The notes beneath the pieces are model-generated. The model saw nothing but the letters and a program-made list of their open reading frames with translations. It ran no database searches and was not told the DNA's origin. Positions 1-10,291 of a stretch of DNA of 64,000 nucleotides are shown piece after piece. The DNA comes from Promethearchaeota archaeon (GTDB lineage Archaea > Asgardarchaeota > Lokiarchaeia > Sigyniarchaeales > SOKP01): assembly GCA_048940925.1 (NCBI GenBank), contig JBHLOC010000010.1, forward strand, positions 14,051 through 78,050, read 5' to 3'. Position numbers and translations under genes: made by a program. Position 1 is the stretch's first letter, and each line of letters begins with the position of its first letter.

Positions 1-442
1 ATCTCTTTAACTCGTAAACCGTATCGCAATAAAGATCTCCGGCTGCTACAGTTTTAAGAATTTTAAGTGTAATTTTTTCACTAACCGCTGTGCGAAAATA
101 TTCAAGATCAATAGCCATAACAGCTTCACATAACTCTCTAGATGTATTTTCAAGACCAAACGGACACTTAGTTCCATGAATCTGGAATCTTTCATCTGAA
201 ATCGAAATTACTTTTACAGACTTCTGCTCAAAACTTTGAGAAAATGCTTTCGCAACAGTAGATAAGTCGTTATCTGGAATTCTTTTTTTAAGCTTTAAAC
301 CTAAAGATTTTCCTTGTATCCCACACACATCTTTTATAATAGGCAAAACTTCTGCTCCGAATTTTTTATATACACCTTTGATTAGTAAACCTTGAGCTTC
401 AATTGAATTTGTTGGTAATTTGCTCTCCTTATTTTTTGCCAT
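1..442 (-). CDS. ATC-hydrolase/V4R-like small-molecule-binding protein, 3' end cut by window edge (not in ORF track)
   Basis: Manual translation from ATG at 442: MAKNKESKLP...IHGTKCPFGLENTSRELCEAVMAIDLEYF...LKTVAAGDLYCDTVYELKR. Frame is open to position 1. The CP...C...D...T.A.GD..C pattern fits the ATC hydrolase/V4R fold. Confidence 0.7.
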   Translation of the reverse strand, partial: MAKNKESKLPTNSIEAQGLLIKGVYKKFGAEVLPIIKDVCGIQGKSLGLKLKKRIPDNDLSTVAKAFSQSFEQKSVKVISISDERFQIHGTKCPFGLENTSRELCEAVMAIDLEYFRTAVSEKITLKILKTVAAGDLYCDTVYELKR

Positions 443-634
443 ATTCTCAAACTCTTTTACTTTTCTATCATGATAATAGAATTAGAATTATTATTTATTG
501 TTTTCACTCAATAAATATTACCGCTTAGGTTAAATTATCTTTTAAATAAGTTAATTTTAAATAAATATTAATTTTGTTTAAATAATAAAACTCTAAAATT
601 TAAAGCAAGAATTTATATAACTCGTGAATTTAAT

Positions 635-1015
635 ATGGAAAATATTATTATTGAAAATGAAAAAATTGGCAAAATAAAAGCAAGATTACTCCCAGATAAA
701 AATCCTAAAACATGCGAAGCAATATGGAATGCCTTACCATTTGAAGTTAATTTAGCTCGTTGGGGAGAAGAATTATATGGTGAAATTCCTGTCTCAATCG
801 GACAAGAGAATTCTCAAGTTGATTGTGAAGTTGGTGATGTAGGTTACTGGCCAAGTGGGAGTGGTTTTTGTATATTTTTCGGACCTACACCTGCCAGTAA
901 GGAAGATAAACCAGTTGCTGCATCCCCGGTCAATATCTTTGCTAAAATTGAAGGAGATGCTAAGATATTTAATCAATTCTCTTCATTTACAGGAACTGTG
1001 ACGAAAGGAGATTAA
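635..1015 (+). CDS. Cyclophilin-like fold protein (DUF369 type)
   Basis: WGEELY and GDVGYWPSGSGFCIFFGPTP motifs. Confidence 0.85.
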   Translation: MENIIIENEKIGKIKARLLPDKNPKTCEAIWNALPFEVNLARWGEELYGEIPVSIGQENSQVDCEVGDVGYWPSGSGFCIFFGPTPASKEDKPVAASPVNIFAKIEGDAKIFNQFSSFTGTVTKGD

Positions 1016-1016
1016 G

Positions 1017-1658
1017 ACGCACAAACCAAAAGCGAAAGATTATTGGAACAAAAGATTCTCAAAAGAAAGAGCAATTTGGGGTAATAAACCCAGTAAAACT
1101 GCTTTTTGTGCCTTAAAATTATTTAAACAGCATAATATTCATTCGGTTTTAGTCCCTGGTTCTGGATATGGGAGAAATTCAAAATTATTTTCTGAACATG
1201 GTTGTAACGTAGTAGGTATTGAGATCTCAGAAATAGCTTTTAAGATGGCGAAAGAATTTGATCCAAAGACAAAGTTTATTAATGGTTCTGTTCTTGATAT
1301 GCCTTTTACAGATGAAAAATATGATGCTATTTACTGTTTTAATACACTTCATTTATTTCTTAGAAAAGAACGTACTAAATTTCTTGCTAAATGTTATAAT
1401 CAGTTAAAAGAGAATGGATTTGTTTTTTTCACTATGTTTTCTAAAAAAGAAAGAAGCTTTGGAACTGGAAAAGAAATAGAGGAGGATACATTTGAAAGCA
1501 AACCAGGTAGACCAACTCATTATTTTTCCAAAAAAGATTTAATACAACATTTTAATGATTATTCTATTATTAAGACGGGAATTGTGGAAGATCAAGAAAA
1601 TCATGGTGAAATTGGTCCCCATATTCATAAATTAAGATATATTTTTGCTCAGAAATGA
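1017..1658 (+). CDS. Class I SAM-dependent methyltransferase; true start lies upstream of the listed ATG (1245), probably ACG at 1017
   Basis: The frame is open from 1002 and encodes DYWNKRF...IWG...LVPGSGYGRNS (SAM motif I) before the ATG at 1245. AAGGAG precedes ACG 1017. Confidence 0.7.
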   Translation, partial: THKPKAKDYWNKRFSKERAIWGNKPSKTAFCALKLFKQHNIHSVLVPGSGYGRNSKLFSEHGCNVVGIEISEIAFKMAKEFDPKTKFINGSVLDMPFTDEKYDAIYCFNTLHLFLRKERTKFLAKCYNQLKENGFVFFTMFSKKERSFGTGKEIEEDTFESKPGRPTHYFSKKDLIQHFNDYSIIKTGIVEDQENHGEIGPHIHKLRYIFAQK

Positions 1659-1861
1659 AGGAATGGGTTGAAAATTACCATAAAAAAGGTATTTTATATA
1701 TATTTGTGGATATCAAAGATGTAGCAAAAACAGTGCTGAAAACTTCTCGCAAATATAAAAGGGAAGTATTTGTACCAAGATGGTGGTGGTTATTAGGGTG
1801 GTTACAGCTTACAAATATTAAAACTGCTGGAAAACTCTTTATTAAAATAGAAAAAAGTTAG
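1655..1861 (+). pseudogene. Possible remnant resembling an SDR oxidoreductase C-terminus
   Basis: 68 aa, DVAKTVLK...KREVFVPRWW resembles SDR tails; no Rossmann N-terminus present. Confidence 0.25.
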
Positions 1862-2119
1862 GAAACCCTACCTGAAAGATAAAACAATAATGTATTACCC
1901 TTTTTTAATTTATCAAGCCAGAAAATAGTTATTAATTATATATATTAGATCTGTGGAATTACAATTAAAGAAAATTAAAGTTAAAATAGATCCTAGAAGA
2001 GGATTATCTATGGGATTTAAAGAAAAAATCAAGAATTTTTATAAATTGTTAACACATCCTAAAGTCGTGATAACAAAAATGCAATAAGATTAATATTTTC
2101 ATCTTTCTAGAATAATCTT

Positions 2120-2839
2120 ATGATAGAAAAAGCATTTGAACCTTTTGGTATAGCTCTTGAAGATTTTTATAACGGTAAAGAAGGAGTTAAGATCAATTTA
2201 TATCGAGATGATGGACTAATAAGCGAAGTTCCTATTGGATACTTCTTTCGAAGCCCTAAAGATTTTTCAAGTATAGAAAAACAAGCAATAAGGTTATGTA
2301 AAGGTAAAGTTATAGATATCGGAGCAGGAGTTGGGCCACATAGTTTGGAACTTCAACGATTAGGTTTTGAGGTTTATGCAATTGATATATCCTCTCATGC
2401 TTGTAGCATAATGAAAAAAAGAGGGTTAAAAAATGTTCAATGCACAGATTTCTATAATCTTAAATTGGATTCATATGATACTATCCTTCTCTTAGGACTT
2501 TCAATCGGGTTCGTGGGAAATTTAAATGGATTGAAAAAATTCTTATCTTACTGTAAAACTCGCCTGAATCCAAAAGGAATAATAATTCTTGATTCGGTAG
2601 ATATTCGCTTAATGGAAGAACAAATTTATCTTAATTATCAGGAAAGAAATCGGAAGTTAGGAAAGTATATTGGAGAAGCAACTTTCCAGATAAAATACAA
2701 AAATACCCTGGGAGATAAGTTTCAAAATTTACAAGTAGATCCCAACACTCTTAAAGAAATTACCCAAGAACTAGGATTATCTTGCAAGATTCTCGGAAAA
2801 GAAGAAGATGGAAATTATATAGCTATGATTTCTACATAA
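2120..2839 (+). CDS. Class I SAM-dependent methyltransferase
   Basis: VIDIGAGVG motif I, AIDIS, YDTILLLG. Confidence 0.9.
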   Translation: MIEKAFEPFGIALEDFYNGKEGVKINLYRDDGLISEVPIGYFFRSPKDFSSIEKQAIRLCKGKVIDIGAGVGPHSLELQRLGFEVYAIDISSHACSIMKKRGLKNVQCTDFYNLKLDSYDTILLLGLSIGFVGNLNGLKKFLSYCKTRLNPKGIIILDSVDIRLMEEQIYLNYQERNRKLGKYIGEATFQIKYKNTLGDKFQNLQVDPNTLKEITQELGLSCKILGKEEDGNYIAMIST

Positions 2840-2995
2840 TGCAATTTAATTTTTTATAAAGGTTAACGGTTAAAGCATTTATTATTTAAAGATTCTTATA
2901 AAAATGTATAGGAATAGATTGTATTGGTGTATTATCAAGATATTATTGAGATGATATGATTTATCGTGAAAGAGAGATTTCACGTAGATTTTATT

Positions 2996-4045
2996 TTATG
3001 ACTCGAGTCGAGATTTATATAACAATGTGGCAATCGTTGAAAAAGCATAATCTACATTTTCTCCTGATAAAGCTGAAGTTTCAATAAAACGTAAACTTAA
3101 TTGACTTGCTAATTTATCTGCCATATCAGCTGATATTTTTCTTAGATCAGTTAAATCTTTTTTATTCCCCACAATGAACCCTATTAACTCTTCAGACCTA
3201 TTCTTTAATTGGGCAAGCACATCTGAAAACCATCTAGGAATGTTATTAAAACTTTCAGGTTTTGTCAAGTCAAAAATTAGAAAAACGGCATCAGAACCAC
3301 GATAAAATTGTTGTCTCATAGTTTGAAACTTTTCTTGACCACCTATGTCCCATAATGCGAGTTGAATAATCGCATTTTCAATTTTAAAAATTTTACTACT
3401 GACATGTACTCCTAATGTGGGCACATACGATCTTCGAAAAGCGTTGTTTGTATATCTTAAAATCAATGATGTTTTCCCTACACTTGGATCTCCTACAATT
3501 ATTATTTTAAATTGATAATCAATTAAATTACGATCGATAACTTGCTGATCAGGAAATTGTTCACCCCCAACTTGGGTCATTTCTTGGGTTTTTAATTCTT
3601 CTAAAAGGCTTGAGATACTTTTTTCAAGATCTTCTAATACTTGAACAAACTCTTCTCGGGGTGATTCTTTTTTTTCTAAATTTAAGATTTCTGTAGCGAT
3701 TTCATCAAAAGGGACAGATAATTGATTCATATATTTATAAAAAATGACATCATCCACTTCTTCAAAAAATAGTCCTATGGCTGATTGACCAATATTTCCA
3801 CGTCTTGATGGATCTTCCCATTTGATGTATTTGATCAATCCTTTTGAATTTAATGATGGGAAAGGGAGAATCACTAAAGATTCTGGGACAAGACCCTTTT
3901 CGCCTGTGAGAACTGTTAAGGTTTTAATACTTATATGAAGCAGATCCATCTGCGAAAATGTAGTTGGGAGCCATGCTACTGGATTTGGACCAAGATCATC
4001 ACTCATTTCCATATATATAACTCCCGTTATTATTTTCTTCGGCAT
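2996..4045 (-). CDS. Rab-like small GTPase with N-terminal uDENN/longin-like domain
   Basis: G1 GDPSVGKT, G2 PTLG, G3 WDIGGQ, G4 NKKD, G5 SAL. N-terminal DDLGPNP..W.P...ILPFP domain. Confidence 0.85.
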   Translation of the reverse strand: MPKKIITGVIYMEMSDDLGPNPVAWLPTTFSQMDLLHISIKTLTVLTGEKGLVPESLVILPFPSLNSKGLIKYIKWEDPSRRGNIGQSAIGLFFEEVDDVIFYKYMNQLSVPFDEIATEILNLEKKESPREEFVQVLEDLEKSISSLLEELKTQEMTQVGGEQFPDQQVIDRNLIDYQFKIIIVGDPSVGKTSLILRYTNNAFRRSYVPTLGVHVSSKIFKIENAIIQLALWDIGGQEKFQTMRQQFYRGSDAVFLIFDLTKPESFNNIPRWFSDVLAQLKNRSEELIGFIVGNKKDLTDLRKISADMADKLASQLSLRFIETSALSGENVDYAFSTIATLLYKSRLES

Positions 4046-4164
4046 AAGAATCCCTCTTAATAATATAAATATTTAATATTAAGTTAAATCTTCGCTTTTA
4101 TCTAATAATATAACGCTTTGATATAAATAATGATCGTAATGAAAAAAAAGTTAAAAATATAATT

Positions 4165-4869
4165 TTATAATCCAGAATACATAAGCCAGAAACTAACTAA
4201 ATATCCAATTCTAACAAGAATGACAAGAAATCCTGGGACAGTTAATCCTTCTAATAATCCAAATATGCAAAAACATATTGAACCTGCCGATAAATATAAG
4301 AAATTTTTGCGTATTACACCCGAGGATTGAAATGCCTTATATAAAAAGCCAATACCAAGAAAGATGAGAACTGTTAATAGTAATCCTCCCATAAACATTC
4401 CAGCTAATGTAAATAGATTTACATTATAATCAATTAGGTTAATACTTGGAGCTTGGGGCGGCTCTGGAACAAAATTAAAAGATTCCAAAGGTTGAATAAA
4501 AATAATGATTTCAAATACTATTGAAAAAATTAGGATAATAATTATAATATATCGCTTAATTCTAGGAACTAGCAGTTCCGCTCCAATATACATCGAAACA
4601 ATTACTACAGGAGCAAACCAAATATAAGACAAAATAGCAACTGTACCATTATTTGGCATATTTTCTTGGATTGTGAGAACAAATAGAAAATCAAGAAATA
4701 CTCCTAAAAACATTAGACCAGCAAGCATATTAGCAATACCTAAATAAGTAAGTAATTTAGCATTTGTTTTTCTTGCTCTATAGATAAAAAATAGACCAAA
4801 TATTATGCCAAAAACCACAACTCCAGTAGCAGTAATACCATCTATCCAACCATTTACATCTAACGGCAA
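4165..4869 (-). CDS. Polytopic (about 7 TM) membrane protein
   Basis: Repeated hydrophobic segments; TTG start. Confidence 0.75.
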   Translation of the reverse strand: MPLDVNGWIDGITATGVVVFGIIFGLFFIYRARKTNAKLLTYLGIANMLAGLMFLGVFLDFLFVLTIQENMPNNGTVAILSYIWFAPVVIVSMYIGAELLVPRIKRYIIIIILIFSIVFEIIIFIQPLESFNFVPEPPQAPSINLIDYNVNLFTLAGMFMGGLLLTVLIFLGIGFLYKAFQSSGVIRKNFLYLSAGSICFCIFGLLEGLTVPGFLVILVRIGYLVSFWLMYSGL

Positions 4870-4967
4870 ATCTAAATTTCACGAAATTCTGTTGTTTTAT
4901 TCATTGGAAAAAGAATTAATTATTATTTTATAATATAATTTTTCAATTTAATAAATAATTGGTTTAA

Positions 4968-5041
4968 TGGGAAAGGGGGGATTTGAACCCCCGACCTCTT
5001 GGTCCCGGACCAAGTATCATACCAATCTAGACTACCTTCCC
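4968..5041 (-). tRNA. tRNA-Pro(CGG), intronless, CCA not encoded
   Basis: GGGAAGG/CTTTCCC-A acceptor stem; CTTGG-TCCGGGA-CCAAG anticodon arm; GGGGG-TTCAAAT-CCCCC T arm. Confidence 0.92.
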
Positions 5042-5138
5042 TCTTTATTCAATACAGAAATAAAGTACTCTAATTAAGTAATAGTAATTACTATATAGAA
5101 ATTTTTAGAATGAAATAGTTAGAATTATAAAAATAAGG

Positions 5139-5414
5139 TTAATCCTTAATCTTCTCTAAGATAGAGATGATTCGGTAAATTGTAGTCCTACTATGGAAAG
5201 GAATATTCGGATCTTGGCTTAAATCATCAACCATGTACATAACATTACTGGCACGCACTCCTGGTGTTTCCTCTTCACGATGTAACTCATTAATACCTCT
5301 TTGAGCTATTCTTTTTATATTTCGGGGAACACTGCGGTCATTTAGCATACCATTTAATAGGTTTTCTACGCCTTCAAATGCCTCTTTCAATTCTTCAGGA
5401 GAAACTTTAGCCAC
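5139..5414 (-). CDS. UPF0147 family protein
   Basis: DRSVPRNIKR and SQDPNIPFHSRT motifs. Confidence 0.88.
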   Translation of the reverse strand: MAKVSPEELKEAFEGVENLLNGMLNDRSVPRNIKRIAQRGINELHREEETPGVRASNVMYMVDDLSQDPNIPFHSRTTIYRIISILEKIKD

Positions 5415-5507
5415 GAAGAAATCACCAAGAAAAGTATTTATGATATATAATGAGAATATTAAGTGAAATATTACTTAAAATATATTTTTTTTGTTTTAAA
5501 TAAAAAT

Positions 5508-8420
5508 CTAATATATACCAAATTCACGTATATCTCGTTTTAATTGAGGTATTTTTTCTCCAATATTTTTTATTTGATTCTGAGAATTAATAAAAATCGT
5601 TGTAAAATCGTCAATTTTTCCTTGATCTATTCTAGATACGAACTCAAATGAAATCTTTTGGATATTGTCAAATATTTGATCAAATTGTTCTGTTTTTTTA
5701 ATTAGTTTCTCGTTTACAGATTTCCCTTGTTTTCGAACCATGTTTCGAAGTTTACCACGTGGTATTCTAACTGTTTCTATCAGTTTATCGCATTCATTAA
5801 TAAATTCATAGGATTTTTCTTTGTTTTCTTCACTAAGCTTAGCTTCTATTATTTCTGTCCTATAACAATTTAAACGACCTCGAGCGAATGTATCAAAATT
5901 AAGGGAAATTGAATCAATTCCCTCTCTCACCAAGAATCGGAGGAAATCAGGGTCATCACTTGGAGCTTGTCCACATATTCCTACTTTTCTCTCAAATTCA
6001 TGAGCTGTTTTAATCAAATGGCTAACAGATCTTCTTATTGCTTCACTGTTTGTATTGTAGTTGTAATTTTTCATTAATGGAATCATTTTTTCATTATCTC
6101 GCCCTACACCGTAGGTTAATTGGGTCAAATCGTTTGAACCAATACTAAATCCATCAAAATATTGACTAAAAATATCAGCACATATAATATTTGAAGGAAT
6201 CTCTGCCATAACATATACCTTAAGTCCATCCTGACCTCTTATTAATCCCTCGCTCTCCATGATATTCATTATTTTTTGGGCTTCTTCTGGGCTTCTACAA
6301 AAGGGCAGCATTGGGATGATATTTTTTAAACCCCAATCTCTGGCTTTTTTGATTGCACGTAATTCTAACATAAAAGCATTCTGAAATTCATCGTGAACAT
6401 AACGTGAACATCCTCTAAATCCAAGCATTGGGTTATTCTCTTCTCCCTCATAAATCCAACCCCCTATAAGATTTGCATATTCATTCGTTTTAAAATCTGA
6501 AAGTCTTACTACACATTCAGCAAGACTTCCATCAGATAAGATTTTCCATACTCCTGCTGCAATCGTTGCAATTCCTTCTGCTAATTTTTCCACATAAAAT
6601 TCTTCTTTATCGTCATATCCAACTGTGAGATTTCTGATTTTATCTAAAGTTTGTTTTAACTGAAAGATTTCTTGATTAAAAGGATCTTTATGATATAAAT
6701 CGCTTTTTTTAATATTTTCGATCTTCTTTCTTTGATCCAATAAAATATCATATCTCATGATTAAAGCTTCGAAATCTATTAATGCATTCGGGTGAATTTG
6801 GATCTCATCATTAATTATAAATTCTAATCTTGCTAATCCCGTTCCATCTGGATACTTTCCAGAAGATAAAGCACCTTTTGGGATTCCTAAATTTACTAAT
6901 ACCTTAGTTTGGGTACTAGGAAGTTTTTCAAATTCGATTGTGTCAAAATCATACTCAACATCTTTTAGCCATATCCTAGGCTCTCCTTCGCTACAATCAA
7001 TAGTGACATATTCAATACCTTCACGTTGTTGTTCTTTCATTATTTGTACTATATTATCCGCACCGACGATAGACGCTATGTTTAGTTCTCTAGACACAAT
7101 GGCTGCATGGCATGTAGGTCCACCTCTTTGTGTTATAACACCTCCTAAATTCTGCATATAAGAAGTCCAATCAGGGTTAGTCTCCTCTGTAATAAGTATA
7201 TCCCCTTCTCTTAATAAGTAAGCATCGTTGATAGACTCTATCACTTTTACTTTTCCAAATCCAATTCTTCTACCTATAGCAATTCCTGAGTTTTCAATTA
7301 ACATACCTTTTTCAATCAATTCTTCAGGATCTTCAAGAAGATAGAAGATTTCTTCAACATCTCCTTTAATGCTATGAACAGTTTCAGGACGAGCTTGAAC
7401 AATGTAGACTTTCCCATTATTACCTACAGCCCATTCGATATCCATTCTTCTTCCATAATGATCTCTAATTTTTTGGGCATATTCAGCTAATACATAGACT
7501 TCATTTTCATTAACACAATATTTCAACTGTTTTTCTTGGGGTACAATCACTACTTCAGTCCCTATTTTTTCCATCCCTTTAGAAAAGACCATCATTTTCT
7601 CTTTTTTTACAAGTTCACGACGAATAATTCTCAGCTGTTTTGGGTCATGTTTAAATACAATAAATTCATCTCCTTTTTCTATTCCTTGAACAATTAATTC
7701 TCCTAAACCCCAAGTTCCTCTGATAACCACCACATTTGGGTTTCCTGAATCAGGATCTTCTGTGAACATAACACCGGATGACTTTACACCTTCTATGCCT
7801 CCTGCCATCTCTTGAATTCCTACTGAAAGTTTCACAGCAAAATGATCAAAACTTGCTCTTTCACGATACATAGTTGCTCTTGTGGTAAAAACCGATGCCA
7901 TATCCTTCAATATATATTCTAAAATCTCTTTTTCACCAGTTATATTTAAATGAGTATCCTGTTGTCCGGCAAATGACGCATCAGGAAGATCTTCTGCTGT
8001 AGCAGAACTTCTCACAGCAAAGGTGGATTCAACTCCAATCATTTCAATCAACTTGGTGTATGCGTCTAAGATTTCATCTGCTAAAGAATCAGGTATTTTT
8101 GACTTCTCAATAACATATCGAATATTTGCACAAATTTTATCTACTTTCTCAACAGCTCTAATATCTTCTGACTTCAATTCATTAGAAATATTCTTAATGT
8201 CTCTTGCTATTAATTCTCGAAGAGAAACTTCCTTCTCTTTAATAGTATAGAAATTAGTATCTAAAACATAATCAAAAGCTTTTGAAGTTACTGCAAATCC
8301 AAAAGGAACAGAAATCCCAAAACTTAATAATTCTCCAAGTGATGCGTTTTTACCCCCAACAAGAGGGACATCATTCACTCGAATATCTTGAAAGAACTTT
8401 ATGTATTTATAATCATTCAT
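5508..8420 (-). CDS. ppsA: Phosphoenolpyruvate synthase (pyruvate,water dikinase)
   Basis: VGGKNASLGEL, AVRSSATAEDLPDASFAGQQDT, phospho-His TCHAAIVSREL, ENNPMLGFRG, GFSIGSNDLTQL, GICGQAPSD. Confidence 0.95.
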   Translation of the reverse strand: MNDYKYIKFFQDIRVNDVPLVGGKNASLGELLSFGISVPFGFAVTSKAFDYVLDTNFYTIKEKEVSLRELIARDIKNISNELKSEDIRAVEKVDKICANIRYVIEKSKIPDSLADEILDAYTKLIEMIGVESTFAVRSSATAEDLPDASFAGQQDTHLNITGEKEILEYILKDMASVFTTRATMYRERASFDHFAVKLSVGIQEMAGGIEGVKSSGVMFTEDPDSGNPNVVVIRGTWGLGELIVQGIEKGDEFIVFKHDPKQLRIIRRELVKKEKMMVFSKGMEKIGTEVVIVPQEKQLKYCVNENEVYVLAEYAQKIRDHYGRRMDIEWAVGNNGKVYIVQARPETVHSIKGDVEEIFYLLEDPEELIEKGMLIENSGIAIGRRIGFGKVKVIESINDAYLLREGDILITEETNPDWTSYMQNLGGVITQRGGPTCHAAIVSRELNIASIVGADNIVQIMKEQQREGIEYVTIDCSEGEPRIWLKDVEYDFDTIEFEKLPSTQTKVLVNLGIPKGALSSGKYPDGTGLARLEFIINDEIQIHPNALIDFEALIMRYDILLDQRKKIENIKKSDLYHKDPFNQEIFQLKQTLDKIRNLTVGYDDKEEFYVEKLAEGIATIAAGVWKILSDGSLAECVVRLSDFKTNEYANLIGGWIYEGEENNPMLGFRGCSRYVHDEFQNAFMLELRAIKKARDWGLKNIIPMLPFCRSPEEAQKIMNIMESEGLIRGQDGLKVYVMAEIPSNIICADIFSQYFDGFSIGSNDLTQLTYGVGRDNEKMIPLMKNYNYNTNSEAIRRSVSHLIKTAHEFERKVGICGQAPSDDPDFLRFLVREGIDSISLNFDTFARGRLNCYRTEIIEAKLSEENKEKSYEFINECDKLIETVRIPRGKLRNMVRKQGKSVNEKLIKKTEQFDQIFDNIQKISFEFVSRIDQGKIDDFTTIFINSQNQIKNIGEKIPQLKRDIREFGIY

Positions 8421-8530
8421 ATTTAAGAGAAACCCTTGTATATGCTTTGAAATGAGAATTTCTCCATATAGTAAATCTCCTTCTAATTATAAATTAAACG
8501 TTAATAAAAAAAGTAACGTCATAAAATTAT

Positions 8531-9049
8531 CTATTTTAATTCTTTCTCAAAAATATCGAAATCAGAACTAGAGTAAAGGCAAAACACAACCTCTTCAATT
8601 TGCGTGTCGCTATACAAATATTCTTTTACTGTAGATATCATTATTTTTGCACATTTATCGATAGGATACCCAAAGATTCCTGTAGATATAGCAGGAAATG
8701 CAATTGTCTTTAAATTATGTTCATCCATTAATCTTAGACTATTTAATGTAGCATTCTTTAGTTTAATATCCTCATTTCCCTCTCCCTTTCTTGGTCCTAC
8801 TGCATGAATTACGTAATTAGCTTTTAAATTCCCTCCAGTTGTAATTACTGCACCACCAACAAATGTGCCTCCAATTTTATCACATTCTTGTTGGATCTTT
8901 GGACCTCCCTTTCTTCGAATTGCCCCAGCCACCCCTCCTCCTAATTTCAACTGAACATTGGCAGCATTGACTATAACTTGAGTAGTCAATTCAGTAATAT
9001 CACCTTGAGTTAATATAATCTTTGAATTTTTTATATCTAACTCCTTCAT
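8531..9049 (-). CDS. Macro domain protein (ADP-ribose/O-acetyl-ADP-ribose hydrolase)
   Basis: GDIT, IVNAAN, GGGVAGAI, HAVGP, AFPAISTGIFGYP. Confidence 0.95.
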   Translation of the reverse strand: MKELDIKNSKIILTQGDITELTTQVIVNAANVQLKLGGGVAGAIRRKGGPKIQQECDKIGGTFVGGAVITTGGNLKANYVIHAVGPRKGEGNEDIKLKNATLNSLRLMDEHNLKTIAFPAISTGIFGYPIDKCAKIMISTVKEYLYSDTQIEEVVFCLYSSSDFDIFEKELK

Positions 9050-9076
9050 AAATTCCCTCTGTTTGATTATCTCATC

Positions 9077-9817
9077 TTATTGTGGTGATTGTTCTTCTCT
9101 GCTTTTCTTGAATATTTCATCGAGTTTTTGCCTATCTTCATCGGACATTTTACTCATTGCTTCCAAATTTTGCCTCATTAAATCCATCATTATTTTCTGT
9201 GAAATAATTTGATTTAAAACAGGTAAACCTATTCTCATTCTTGTCAATTCGTAGTACATCATTTTTGCTATTTCTCTCATCTCCATTAATTCTTCTTTTG
9301 TCATTCCTTCTTCACCAATACCTGGACAATCAGCATCAACAACTATAAAATTTTTACCATCAAACTCTAATGGATATGTACGGCAACTAAGAGGACGATT
9401 ATCGTAAACTAAACACTTTTTATCTTCCTTATTATACAATGGGCATTTAACATTTAGTAATTCTTCAAGAGGTACAGTTTGCAATGGGTCACTAGGCGGT
9501 TTCTCTTCTTTTCCTTCCTCTGGTGGAGGAGGTAAAGGTTTTAATATTAAATCAATCCCCCCATCTGGCTTATTATAAATATCTAAATATGGCATAAAAT
9601 TTGCAACCACACCATTTCGAGCCCATAACTCTAAATCCCATAATGTGATCGGAATGGGACCTCTCGCAGAACAACAGTCATCACAGCGAGTACATTTGAA
9701 GGTAAATTTAGCTTTTGGTTTTTCTTCAGGTACCTTTTCTTCTACAACAACCTCTTCTGATTTATCTTCTGTGACTTCTTCTTCTTGTTTCTCATTTTCT
9801 TGATTGTTTTTTGACAT
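9077..9817 (-). CDS. YkgJ-family CxxCxxCC cysteine-cluster protein
   Basis: FKCTRCDDCC...CPLY...CLVYDNRPLSCRTYP...CPG. Confidence 0.88.
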   Translation of the reverse strand: MSKNNQENEKQEEEVTEDKSEEVVVEEKVPEEKPKAKFTFKCTRCDDCCSARGPIPITLWDLELWARNGVVANFMPYLDIYNKPDGGIDLILKPLPPPPEEGKEEKPPSDPLQTVPLEELLNVKCPLYNKEDKKCLVYDNRPLSCRTYPLEFDGKNFIVVDADCPGIGEEGMTKEELMEMREIAKMMYYELTRMRIGLPVLNQIISQKIMMDLMRQNLEAMSKMSDEDRQKLDEIFKKSREEQSPQ

Positions 9818-10048
9818 TTACTCAAAACCTCTCTATTAATATTTTTCATATTCAAATAAGATTATCAAAAAATTGAATTTATACTAAGTAAAAAATTTTA
9901 TTTTTTAATTTTATAATAATAAGCTTATCTACAATAGTACTTATATCAAAATATATTATACAATCATTAACATTAAATAGAATTAACATTTAACCTTTCT
10001 ATTAAAGATTCATTATTTTTTAAGAAAAATCTAAACTTGAAATAAATT

Positions 10049-10291
10049 ATGGAGTCGCTTTTAGTAAAAAAATTAACTATCTGGTTATTGCTCACATGTA
10101 ACATGTTATTTGCTTTTATAATTGGTTTTACGATTCCAATTTTAGAATCTGAAAGTAAATATAATCTTGGATTCGTAATGATACCACTTCTTATAATTCT
10201 AAACTACATCATAATTGATAGATTTCATTACTATTTAACCCACAAGGAGGAAAATACTCATGCAGGTAATAAAAAAGCTGAAAGCAATTAA
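10049..10291 (+). CDS. Small 2-TM membrane protein coupled to the archaeosortase gene
   Basis: Two hydrophobic segments; overlaps the start of the next gene. Confidence 0.65.
   Translation: MESLLVKKLTIWLLLTCNMLFAFIIGFTIPILESESKYNLGFVMIPLLIILNYIIIDRFHYYLTHKEENTHAGNKKAESN

Noticed and set aside
1953-2087. Short plus-strand ORF of about 44 codons
   Set aside because: No homology cue; plausible by chance in AT-rich DNA.
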